A stretch of 64,000 nucleotides of DNA, taken from NCBI GenBank assembly GCA_041489925.1, contig JBGPSD010000001.1, positions 4,930 to 68,929 on the forward strand, given 5' to 3'. The DNA comes from Candidatus Nanoarchaeia archaeon (GTDB taxonomy: Archaea; Nanobdellota; Nanobdellia; Woesearchaeales; ARS49). Positions 47,921 to 56,268 of the stretch are shown piece after piece (within the stretch, counting starts at the first letter, position 1; the number at the start of each line of letters is the position of its first letter). The notes under the pieces are model-generated. The model saw only the letters and a list, made by a program, of their open reading frames with translations, made no database searches and had not been told where the DNA came from. The translations under genes and the position numbers were made by a program.

Positions 47921-48784
47921 ATGGTTAGCAAAGAAGAATTTGTCCAAACATTGCAGCAAGTGAAAGCTAGTTCTCCTAAGAGAAAGTTTGCACAGAGCGT
48001 TGACCTCATTATCAATCTCAAAGAGCTTGACCTGAAGAAGCCAGAGGAACAGGTTGACGTCTGGGTTCCTTTGGTGAACCCGAAGGGCAAGGTTATCAAG
48101 ATTGCAGCCCTTGTCGGCCCTGAAATGCAGGAGCAGGCAAAGGCAAACTGCGACCTTGTCATCATGCACGACGAGTTCAAGAAGTATGAAGGCAAGAAAA
48201 AGGAAATCAGAAAGCTCGCAAAGACAAATGACCTATTCATCGCCCAGGCAAACATCATGCCGGACGTTGCAAAATTCTTTGGTCGCGTTCTCGGCCCGCG
48301 GGGAAAGATGCCAAACCCCAAGGCAGGATGTGTCGTACCGCCAAACGTCAACCTGAAGGCGCTGACTGACAAGCTCAAGAGGACTCTCCACGTTGTCGCA
48401 AAGACGCAATTGTCTGCAAAGTGCTCAATCGGAAAGGAAGACATGCCTGATGAAAAGCTGATTGAGAACATAATGCTTGTTTACAATGCAGTCCTGCACG
48501 CGCTACCGCAGGAAATCAACAACATCAAGTCAGTAATACTCAAGCTTTCAATGGGTCCGCCATTCAAGGTCGGAGCCACAGCAGAGGAAAGGGCAGGAAA
48601 GAAAAAGGCTGCGCACGCAGTAAAGACAGAAACTGCTGAAAAAGCACCTGAAAAGAAGGAAGAACCTGCACGAGCAGAAGCACCCAAGAAAGCTGCAAAG
48701 CCCGCGAAAGCGGACCAGTCGAACCGCAGTTCGACGCTGCCAAGGGTGAAGAAGGCAGAAGCTAAGGAAGGTGAAGCCGCATGA
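47921..48784 (+). CDS. rpl1: ribosomal protein uL1 with ~70-aa Lys/Ala/Glu/Pro-rich C-terminal extension
   Basis: KRKFAQSVDLIINLKELD, typical uL1 core; ATGA overlap with the P0 start. Confidence 0.9.
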   Translation: MVSKEEFVQTLQQVKASSPKRKFAQSVDLIINLKELDLKKPEEQVDVWVPLVNPKGKVIKIAALVGPEMQEQAKANCDLVIMHDEFKKYEGKKKEIRKLAKTNDLFIAQANIMPDVAKFFGRVLGPRGKMPNPKAGCVVPPNVNLKALTDKLKRTLHVVAKTQLSAKCSIGKEDMPDEKLIENIMLVYNAVLHALPQEINNIKSVILKLSMGPPFKVGATAEERAGKKKAAHAVKTETAEKAPEKKEEPARAEAPKKAAKPAKADQSNRSSTLPRVKKAEAKEGEAA

Positions 48785-49656
48785 GCAGGAAAGACCGTGG
48801 CAAGAAAACCTCCAATGCAGCGCCTGAGAAAAAGGCGGTAATCAAGAGAATACAGGACCTGGCAAAGAAATTCCCAATCATAGGCATACTTAACATGCAC
48901 TCATTGCCTGCAGCACAGCTGGCACGAATGAGGGGGCAGTTAAGGCAGAATGTCGAGATGATGATGTGCAAGAAGAGCCTCATCCTGCTCGCGCTTGAAA
49001 AACTAAAGGCAACACACAAGGGCGTTGAAAACCTTGAAAAAATACTGCCAGACATGCCTGCGCTGATTTTCACAAAAGACAACCCATTCGCGGTTCACAA
49101 GACAATCAAGAAAAACAAGAGCAAGGCGCCTGCAAAGGCAGGACAGCTTGCCCCATTTGACCTGATTGTCCCTGCAGGACCCACGTCGTTCGCGCCAGGA
49201 CCTGTGCTTAGCGAGCTTTCAATGCTCGGAATCAAGGCAGGAGTAGAAGGCGGAAAGGTCGCTATCAAACAGGACTGCACAGTATGCAAGGAAGGGCAGC
49301 CAATCAAGCTGGCGCTCGCGTCTATGCTCGCAAGGCTTGGCATAGAGCCAATGGAAATCGGGCTTGACCTTGTCGCTGTCTACGAAGCAGGCACAATCTA
49401 TCCAAAGACAGTCCTTGACATTGACGAAGTGAAGTTCATGAGTGATTTGACAACAGCAGCAAGCTGGGCGTTCAACCTCGCAATGGAATCTGTCTATATT
49501 TCAAAGGACACAACAGAGCCATTGCTCCAGAAGGCATTCAGGGAGGCAAAGGCGGTTGCTCTGGAAGGCGGAGTCACAGAGCCAGAGCTTATGGGAGACC
49601 TTTTGGCAAAGGCAGAGCGCGAGGCAATGTCATTACAATCAGAAATACCAAAATAA
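48781..49656 (+). CDS. rplP0: ribosomal stalk protein uL10 (P0), short form
   Basis: FPIIGILNMHSLPAAQLARMRGQLR; gene order L1-P0-P1. Confidence 0.85.
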   Translation: MSRKDRGKKTSNAAPEKKAVIKRIQDLAKKFPIIGILNMHSLPAAQLARMRGQLRQNVEMMMCKKSLILLALEKLKATHKGVENLEKILPDMPALIFTKDNPFAVHKTIKKNKSKAPAKAGQLAPFDLIVPAGPTSFAPGPVLSELSMLGIKAGVEGGKVAIKQDCTVCKEGQPIKLALASMLARLGIEPMEIGLDLVAVYEAGTIYPKTVLDIDEVKFMSDLTTAASWAFNLAMESVYISKDTTEPLLQKAFREAKAVALEGGVTEPELMGDLLAKAEREAMSLQSEIPK

Positions 49657-49664
49657 CAATTATC

Positions 49665-49736
49665 GGAGGCATCGCTGACTGTCGCCGACTTCGGTCGGCG
49701 GACTTGGCTGAGGCCAAGTGCGGTCAGCGGGTCTCC
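49665..49736 (+). ncRNA. 72-nt GC-rich three-way-junction RNA structure in the P0-P1 spacer
   Basis: Outer stems 49665-70/49731-36 and 49673-79/49723-29; hairpin gccgac-UUCG-gtcggc (49684-99); hairpin cttggc-UGAG-gccaag (49703-18). Confidence 0.6.
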
Positions 49737-49778
49737 AAAACATCAAAATCAATCAATAATGTTTAGGAGGTATGAAAA

Positions 49779-50090
49779 ATGGAATACATCTATGCGGCCA
49801 TGCTAATACACAAGGCAGGCGGCAAGGTGGACGAGGCAACAGTCAAGAAAGTGCTTGAAGCAGCAGGCGTCAAGTCAGACGAAGCGCGCATCAAGGCACT
49901 GGTTGCTTCATTGCAGGGCGTCAACATTGACGAAGCAGTGAAGAAGGCAGCTGTTGCACCTGTCGCTGTTGCTGCTGCGCCCACGGGTGGCGAAGCAAAG
50001 GCAGAGAAGAAGGACGAGAAGAAGTCCGCAGAGGAAGGCAAGAAGCAGGAAGAAGCTGCAGCTGCGGGCCTCAGCGCGCTCTTCGGATAA
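49779..50090 (+). CDS. rpl12: ribosomal stalk protein P1 (aL12)
   Basis: [11 protein letters not shown]...; acidic/Ala linker; C-terminal GLSALFG; SD aggaggt upstream. Confidence 0.9.
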   Translation: MEYIYAAMLIHKAGGKVDEATVKKVLEAAGVKSDEARIKALVASLQGVNIDEAVKKAAVAPVAVAAAPTGGEAKAEKKDEKKSAEEGKKQEEAAAAGLSALFG

Positions 50091-50163
50091 GAAGAACGCT
50101 GAGGGCTCGTAGTTATACGCGCCTAGCGGCTGCGAGCCTACAACGAGCTAGGGGCACTGCTCT

Positions 50164-51048
50164 ATGCTGACACTAGAGGAAAGAAAAGCTGTTCAAGCAC
50201 AACTGGATGAGCTTCAACCACGTATCAAAGCGCTGAAGCAGAGACTTAACGAGTTAAACGACCAGAAGGAAAAGGCTTTCCAGCAGCGCAATCCTGTCGG
50301 CAAGGAGATTTCTTCTTTAATACACGACATAAAGCAGCTCAAGCAGGGGCGGGATTCCTTGACAGATGAAGTCAAGAAGCTCAAGGAGAACCGCACAGGG
50401 CTGAATGAGATAATCAAGAAGAAGATTGAGGAAGCCAAAAAGCTCAATGCAGAGAAGAAAAAGGCTACCGCAAAGCTCGGGCTGAAAGAAAATCCAGGCA
50501 ATCTGAAGATGATGATGGACAAGCTTGAGCACAGAATAGAGACAGATGTGATTTCTTTTGAAAAAGAGAAGGCAATAATGAAGGAAATCAAGGAATTGAA
50601 GAAGCGCTATAACGAGGCAAAGGCGTCAAGCGCTGTCTGGGACGCTGCGCACCAGATGAGCAAGGACATTGATACCATGCAGGAGCAGGCAGATGACATT
50701 CACAGGCAGATTCAGCAAAAGGCAAAATTAAGCCAGCAAAAGCACGAACAGCTTGTTGATGAAAGCAGGAAGGTTGACGGGCTTCGCGGCAAGGGAGACA
50801 CGTTCACAAAGGACATAGGTCAAAGAAAGTCAGAGATTGCAACGCTCTCAGAAGAGCTTGGAGCGCTTTTGAAGCAGGCAGGCGAGCTGAATACAAAGCT
50901 TTTTGCCGAGCGAAAGGAAAAAGAAGCCGCAACCGTCAATCAAAGGCAGAAGAAATTCTCAGAGAAATTGGCAGAAGTCAAGCAAAAGTTCGCGAAAGGC
51001 GAGAAATTAACCACAGAAGACATTATTATAATGCAGGGAGAGAATTAA
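50164..51048 (+). CDS. conserved archaeal coiled-coil protein (COG1340-like)
   Basis: 294 aa, almost entirely heptad-like K/E/L-rich. Confidence 0.5.
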   Translation: MLTLEERKAVQAQLDELQPRIKALKQRLNELNDQKEKAFQQRNPVGKEISSLIHDIKQLKQGRDSLTDEVKKLKENRTGLNEIIKKKIEEAKKLNAEKKKATAKLGLKENPGNLKMMMDKLEHRIETDVISFEKEKAIMKEIKELKKRYNEAKASSAVWDAAHQMSKDIDTMQEQADDIHRQIQQKAKLSQQKHEQLVDESRKVDGLRGKGDTFTKDIGQRKSEIATLSEELGALLKQAGELNTKLFAERKEKEAATVNQRQKKFSEKLAEVKQKFAKGEKLTTEDIIIMQGEN

Positions 51049-51426
51049 TTATTTCTTAACACGCAATAAGAAGCCAAAATATGCTGCTAACAGGACTGCA
51101 AAGCCGCCATAAATTATCTTTATTTGCCAGGACATGTTAGGTGTCATGAACAGTGTGAATAAAACCACCAAAGGGATTATCAGCAATATTACAAGGAGGA
51201 TGTTTGCTGCACTCTTCATTTTCCTTGAAACCAGAAAGTTGGTCAAGAGCCCGATAAGCCATGCAAAGACAAAAACGCAAACTATTGGGAGGATTATAAA
51301 TAAGATTAAAATCACTGCCCCAAAATCAGAACCTGAAAAAAACACAACCGCAGAAGAAATCAGGCCAAGCAGGAAAACTATTAACGCAACAATTCCGGTG
51401 TACCGCAACCAGTTTGGATTCTTCAT
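51049..51426 (-). CDS. 4-TM membrane protein
   Basis: 125-aa hydrophobic ORF. Confidence 0.5.
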   Translation of the reverse strand: MKNPNWLRYTGIVALIVFLLGLISSAVVFFSGSDFGAVILILFIILPIVCVFVFAWLIGLLTNFLVSRKMKSAANILLVILLIIPLVVLFTLFMTPNMSWQIKIIYGGFAVLLAAYFGFLLRVKK

Positions 51427-51435
51427 GTCAAAGAA

Positions 51436-51627
51436 TTACTTCTTTTCCTGCTTTTCTACCTTGATGAACTCTGCGTAGTTGCATGCGCCGCAGACAAGGC
51501 GGTCTTTGTGGCTGGCAAGAGCAAATCCAGAGCCGCACTTTGGGCAGTACTTGTTCTTTTTCACAACTTTGTCGCCTTCCTTTTTGTACGTGTTCCAGAT
51601 TCCTTTCGGTGCTTTCTTGTCTGCCAT
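51436..51627 (-). CDS. rps27ae: ribosomal protein eS31 (S27ae)
   Basis: Zinc ribbon CPKCG...CGAC. Confidence 0.85.
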   Translation of the reverse strand: MADKKAPKGIWNTYKKEGDKVVKKNKYCPKCGSGFALASHKDRLVCGACNYAEFIKVEKQEKK

Positions 51628-51628
51628 T

Positions 51629-52111
51629 TTATACCTTTACCTCTGCTTTCTTTGGTTCTTCTTTCTTTGCTTCAGCAGGCTTTGCTTCCTTCTTCGGCTC
51701 TTCCTTCTTTTCAGCAGGCTTTGCTTCCTTCTTTGGCTCTTCCTTCTTGGCTTCTGCAGGTTTTGCTTCTACCTTTGGAGCTGCCGGAGCCGCTGCTGGC
51801 GCTGCTGCAGGTGCTGCTCCTGGAGCTGCCTTACCTGCTGCTTTTTCCTTTGCCTTTTTGCCAAGCTTTACAACTTTCTCAAGCAGTTCCTTGCTTGGGT
51901 AAATGTGAGCCTCGAAACCTGCCTTCTGGCTGCCGAAGTTAGTGAAAACGTGCACGATAAATATTGCCTCTGCCTTTGCGCCGAGCTTTGTCGCCAAAGC
52001 GTCAGCCAACTGCTTCTGAGATGGAGTCGCGCCGGTAAAGCTTATTTCGCCATGTACTTCCTTCCTTTGAAGATACGGATTTTCGTTTGTCTTGCTTATT
52101 GAAATGTCCAT
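51629..52111 (-). CDS. rps24e: ribosomal protein eS24 with ~70-aa Ala/Pro/Lys/Glu repeat tail
   Basis: NPYLQRKEV..F.....TPS core; tail of EAKPAE(A)KKEEPKK x3. Confidence 0.8.
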   Translation of the reverse strand: MDISISKTNENPYLQRKEVHGEISFTGATPSQKQLADALATKLGAKAEAIFIVHVFTNFGSQKAGFEAHIYPSKELLEKVVKLGKKAKEKAAGKAAPGAAPAAAPAAAPAAPKVEAKPAEAKKEEPKKEAKPAEKKEEPKKEAKPAEAKKEEPKKAEVKV

Positions 52112-52309
52112 TTAAGTCACCTTAATTGCGTATTCGCCCTTGACATCGTGGCCCATCTTTTTTGCGATGTCGCTTTTGTTAGAGTCAAGTATGTGAATCC
52201 TGCCCTTCCAGTTCAAAACAAACTGGGCGCTGTGGCAGACAGGGCATTCGTCGCCCTCGACAAAAAGCTTGCATTTCTTGCATGATTTCTTTTTGGACAT
52301 TTTGTTCAC
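52112..52309 (-). CDS. spt4: transcription elongation factor Spt4 (RpoE'')
   Basis: CKKC...CPVC zinc ribbon; position downstream of rpoE'. Confidence 0.8.
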   Translation of the reverse strand: MNKMSKKKSCKKCKLFVEGDECPVCHSAQFVLNWKGRIHILDSNKSDIAKKMGHDVKGEYAIKVT

Positions 52310-52893
52310 TTCTCCTTCTTGGACTTCTTTTCCTTCTTTTCTTCCTTTGCAACTACGGGCGGTGCCGCAACCGCTGACCAGTCTGTCTTGCCCATTCCAA
52401 GCTGGCGCATTGTCAATCCAATCTTCGGGTTGTTCGGGTCCTTGAACGACACCGCAATGACACGAGCCCTGCAGACGTCTCCAACTTTCAGGAATCGCTT
52501 TGAGTCCCTTCCTGTAAGGACCTTGTCCTTTGCGAATGAGACAAAGTCATCCATTGTCTGCGAAATGTGAATCATGCCGTCAATCGGGCCCAAAGTTATG
52601 AATGCGCCGAAGTCAGCGATGTCCTTTATCCTGCCGACAACGACTTCCTGCAGTTCAGGCTTGTAAGAGAGTATCTCAAAAGTTGTCTCGTAATAGCTTG
52701 CGCCGTCTCCTGGGATTATGACTCCCTCGCCGACTTCCTTGACATCAATGACGTCAACAACAACGCCCATTGACTGGTCGATAAGGCCGTCATACTTTAG
52801 CTTGATTCCTGCCTTGACTGCATCCTTCAGGTCCTTGCCAAAGAACCTTGGCGATACCCTGATGTGGTCCTGCACGGTTATTTTGTAAAACAT
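52306..52893 (-). CDS. rpoE: RNA polymerase subunit E' (Rpo7) with S1 domain and short KE tail
   Basis: MFYKITVQDHIRVSP..., VGRIKDIADFGAFITLGPIDGMIHISQ. Confidence 0.9.
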   Translation of the reverse strand: MFYKITVQDHIRVSPRFFGKDLKDAVKAGIKLKYDGLIDQSMGVVVDVIDVKEVGEGVIIPGDGASYYETTFEILSYKPELQEVVVGRIKDIADFGAFITLGPIDGMIHISQTMDDFVSFAKDKVLTGRDSKRFLKVGDVCRARVIAVSFKDPNNPKIGLTMRQLGMGKTDWSAVAAPPVVAKEEKKEKKSKKEK

Positions 52894-52983
52894 TTTGTTT
52901 CCTCGGTTTGCATCAATGCCCCGAGCCAAAGAAGCCGAAGCATCTCATTATAGACTGAGAGGACAGAGGTTGCTTTTTAAAGG

Positions 52984-53376
52984 TTATGGTTTGGGGACGA
53001 GTTCAAGAAACTTCTTCTGCCTGATGATTATTACTGGAATTCCCTTTGCCTTCAGCCTGCGCTTCAAGTCCTGGTCCTGTGTTGCGACAATCGTATCCTT
53101 GTCAGCGACTTTGAGAATAAGCGTGTCTGTGTAGCCCTTTTTGTCTGTCAAAATTATGCCAATGCGCTTTTTCATTATGAGCTGGTTTGCGAGCCTTGCA
53201 CCGATTTTGACATCTGGCTTTCCCTTGGTGATTATGGTATCAAGCTCGTCAAGAGTCTTGTCAACTGACATCAGCCTGTAAGTGCATGGAATAATCCTCT
53301 CAAGCTCCCTGAAGAAGTCCACCTTCCACGAAAGGCAGTCCACAAGGAAGTTTGTGTCAAGGATAATTGTTTTCAT
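52984..53376 (-). CDS. PIN-domain protein (conserved partner of the rpoE'-spt4 cluster)
   Basis: IILDTNFLV..., VATQDQDLKRRL. Confidence 0.75.
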   Translation of the reverse strand: MKTIILDTNFLVDCLSWKVDFFRELERIIPCTYRLMSVDKTLDELDTIITKGKPDVKIGARLANQLIMKKRIGIILTDKKGYTDTLILKVADKDTIVATQDQDLKRRLKAKGIPVIIIRQKKFLELVPKP

Positions 53377-53413
53377 AACGAAGATTAACGAGAAGGGGGT
53401 AATTAAAGCTTGC

Positions 53414-53836
53414 CTATGCGGTCTTTCCGCCAGGGATGTGGAAGAGATTGCACTGGTTCATGCACGTAGGCTTTGTTGCAGTGCATTTCTGAATATCTGC
53501 CTGGCTTTTTACAGCCATCATGCACCATTTGTAAGCGTCATTGCAGTTGTTCTGGCAGCGCACAATGTTGCGCCAGGAATACCTGTCTGTAATCTGAACA
53601 GGCGAGTTCTTCTTCAGTGATATGCACCTGCCGAGCGAGGGCGAGCACTTGTTGCATTCACCTGAGCAGTCATTGTCATGCAGGCAGACGCTTCCGCAGG
53701 TTCCTGGAAGGTTTGACACGCGGGCACCCCAGAACGCCATTCCTGTGGTGCTTGGGCCTGAGAAAATAACAAGCAAGCCAATTGTGGCTATGAAAAGCAC
53801 TACGAGAAACACAGCGATATTGCCTCTTTTTTGCAT
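53414..53836 (-). CDS. Cys-rich secreted/anchored protein with class III-like signal peptide
   Basis: MQKRGNIAVFLVVLFIATIGLLVIF; 16 Cys in ~100 aa. Confidence 0.55.
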   Translation of the reverse strand: MQKRGNIAVFLVVLFIATIGLLVIFSGPSTTGMAFWGARVSNLPGTCGSVCLHDNDCSGECNKCSPSLGRCISLKKNSPVQITDRYSWRNIVRCQNNCNDAYKWCMMAVKSQADIQKCTATKPTCMNQCNLFHIPGGKTA

Positions 53837-53934
53837 ACTGCCTGCTTATGCCTTCTGTTATAAAAGCGTTTCGGCAACAAGTAGCTTTTTATACCACCCT
53901 TTGCGTTTGGCAAAGCGTGGCTAATGACAAACAA

Positions 53935-55176
53935 ATGCTAAAGGAAGTCCTAAAGGACATCACACCGTGCAGGGAAGAGCGCGCAGCGATGTTTCAATTA
54001 GTTGACACTTTCATTTCACAACTCAACAGGTCATTGAAAAAGAACAAGTGCTCTGCAGAGGCGGTTCTTGGCGGAAGCTATGCAAAGGACACCTGGCTCA
54101 AGGGCGACTATGATGTTGATGTTTTCGTGCGGTTCTCGCTGAAGCACAAGAAAGAGAACCTGAGCAACCTGCTTACAAAGGCATTGAAGCCCTGGAAGAC
54201 AGAGAGGGTGCACGGCTCAAGGGATTATTTCTGGGTGCACGAAAAAAGGTTCAGGTTTGAGATAATCCCTGTGCTCGCAATCAAAAAAGGCAGCGACGCA
54301 GAGAACGTGACTGATTTCTCGCCGCTGCACGTGCAGTGGGTCAACAAAAACTGCAAAAAGTACAAGGATGACATCAGGCTTTTCAAGAAATTCTGCAAGG
54401 CGCAGGGGGTTTATGGCGCAGAAAGCTACATCCGCGGATTCTCAGGCCACGTTGTTGACATACTTGTCGGATACTACAAGGGATTTTTGCCATTGCTGAA
54501 GGCAGCATCGCAATGGAAGCCTAAGACAATTGTTGATTACTACCATCATTTTGACAAAAAAGCATTGTTTGTCCTCAACCGCAGCAAGATTCAGGGGCCA
54601 TTGATAATAGTTGACCCTGTTCAAAAGGAAAGAAACTCAGCAGCAGCCCTGAGCCAGGAAAAATATTACGGGTTTGTCAAGGCAGCGCAGAAGTTTTTGA
54701 AAAAGCAGTCAAAAGAGGCATTTGTCGAGACAGAGGTTGACCTTGGAAAGCTCGCAAAGCTCGGGCATTTGGTGCACGTCTGCGCAAAAGTGCCAAAAGG
54801 TAAGGAAGATGTTGTCGGAACAAGGCTTTTGCACGTGTTTGAGTACATCAAGAGATACCTTGAGGACTTTGAAATCAAGATAGCAGGCTGGCGCTGGAAC
54901 AAGGGGCCAGAGGCAGAGTTATGGTATGTTGTCAAGGAAAGCAAACTGCCTGCTGTGATGATACACCCAGGACCGCCGCTTGAGCTCAAGGAAGCTGTTG
55001 CAAAATTCAAAAAAGTGCACAAGAAGACTTTTGTTTCAGACCACAGGGTGATGGCAGAGGTAAAACGGGAGTGGCGCACTCCGGAAGCAGCGGTTAATGC
55101 AGCTGCAAAAGACAGCTACCTGAAACAGCGCGGAATAACAATAAGCATAATCCTTTTGCAGGAGACACACGGATGA
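53935..55176 (+). CDS. cca: CCA-adding enzyme (archaeal class I tRNA nucleotidyltransferase)
   Basis: LGGSYAKDTWLKGDYDVDVFVRF; full length ~413 aa. Confidence 0.85.
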   Translation: MLKEVLKDITPCREERAAMFQLVDTFISQLNRSLKKNKCSAEAVLGGSYAKDTWLKGDYDVDVFVRFSLKHKKENLSNLLTKALKPWKTERVHGSRDYFWVHEKRFRFEIIPVLAIKKGSDAENVTDFSPLHVQWVNKNCKKYKDDIRLFKKFCKAQGVYGAESYIRGFSGHVVDILVGYYKGFLPLLKAASQWKPKTIVDYYHHFDKKALFVLNRSKIQGPLIIVDPVQKERNSAAALSQEKYYGFVKAAQKFLKKQSKEAFVETEVDLGKLAKLGHLVHVCAKVPKGKEDVVGTRLLHVFEYIKRYLEDFEIKIAGWRWNKGPEAELWYVVKESKLPAVMIHPGPPLELKEAVAKFKKVHKKTFVSDHRVMAEVKREWRTPEAAVNAAAKDSYLKQRGITISIILLQETHG

Positions 55177-55820
55177 ACCTCATTGGCATAATACTGCACG
55201 TGGACAAGTATCTTGACTTAATCATACAGAATTACGGAGTATGGACTTACGCGCTCCTGTTCATTATAGTTTTCCTTGAGACAGGGCTTGTTGCAACACC
55301 ATTTTTGCCAGGAGACTCTTTATTGTTTGCCGCAGGAACATTTGCCGCAAGGGGCTCATTCAGCATCGGACTCCTGATTGCATTGATTGCAATCGCGGCA
55401 ATACTCGGCGACACTGTAAATTACTGGGTTGGCAGCATTCTCGGCCCAAAGGTGTTCAGGCAGAAGAAAGGATTGTTCTTCAGAAAGGAATACCTGGAAC
55501 GCACACACCTTTTCTATGAGAAATACGGCGCAAAGACAATAGTGCTCGCGCGCTTTATTCCGATTATCAGGACATTTGCGCCTTTTGTGGCAGGCATTGG
55601 AAAGATGCCATATCCAAAATTCCTGGTTTACAACGTGGTTGGCGGAATTGCATGGACGCTGCTGTTTGTGCTTGCGGGCTACTGGTTCGGAGCAATCAAC
55701 TATGTGAAGGAGAATTTTTCACTTGTCATCCTCGCAATAATAATCATTTCTTTTGTTCCGCTTGCCTGGGAATTGATAAGCCACCGCTGGCACAAGAAGA
55801 AATACGAACACAAACACTAA
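55173..55820 (+). CDS. dedA: DedA-family membrane protein
   Basis: FLETGLVATPFLPGDSLLFAAG; RFIPIIRTFAPFVAG. Confidence 0.85.
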   Translation: MNLIGIILHVDKYLDLIIQNYGVWTYALLFIIVFLETGLVATPFLPGDSLLFAAGTFAARGSFSIGLLIALIAIAAILGDTVNYWVGSILGPKVFRQKKGLFFRKEYLERTHLFYEKYGAKTIVLARFIPIIRTFAPFVAGIGKMPYPKFLVYNVVGGIAWTLLFVLAGYWFGAINYVKENFSLVILAIIIISFVPLAWELISHRWHKKKYEHKH

Positions 55821-55904
55821 TGGCTTGACTATTCCGTAGTGGTTACTAATAATTTTATACACTCTGCCGTCTATTTTGCTTAAATCAATATATGGAGGGA
55901 TAAA

Positions 55905-56225
55905 ATGGAAAAGATAGGAACATGGGCATTCTTGATTGGCGTACTCATCGCCGTTGTGGCCGGACTTGTACCGAGCTTGCCAGCAACACAGGTTGCATGG
56001 GTGCTCGTCATTCTCGGCCTAGTGGTTGGGTTCCTGAACATCAGGGCACGTGAGGCACAGGAATTCCTTGTCGCCTGCATCGCAATCCTGGTTGTCTCAG
56101 GCATGGGCGGGCTTCCCCCATTGGGAAGGACACTCGGAACAATCCTGACCAACATGATTGCCTTTGTCGCGCCAGCAGCACTGCTTGTCGCACTCAGGGC
56201 TGTCTGGGACCTGGCAGAGGACTAA
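55905..56225 (+). CDS. small 3-4 TM membrane protein
   Basis: 106-aa hydrophobic ORF. Confidence 0.5.
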   Translation: MEKIGTWAFLIGVLIAVVAGLVPSLPATQVAWVLVILGLVVGFLNIRAREAQEFLVACIAILVVSGMGGLPPLGRTLGTILTNMIAFVAPAALLVALRAVWDLAED

Positions 56226-56268
56226 AGAAAATTTTTATTTTCTTTTTTTATTTAAAAAAAGGTTGACA

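Noticed and set aside
47812-48900. Minus-strand ORFs 47812-48471 (219 aa) and 48481-48900 (139 aa)
   Set aside because: They are antisense to uL1 and P0, both of which are unambiguous.
50091-50163. Possible pseudoknot or hairpins after rpl12 (ggctcg...cgagcc, cctagc...gctagg)
   Set aside because: The candidate stems are short and mutually exclusive, and I cannot choose between folds by eye. It may simply be a terminator or spacer, so it is not reported as a feature.
51479-52102. Plus-strand ORFs of 139-207 aa (Phe/Leu/Cys/Ser-rich)
   Set aside because: They are antisense to eS31 and eS24 and to the repeat tail. Their composition is the complement of Lys/Glu/Ala codons.
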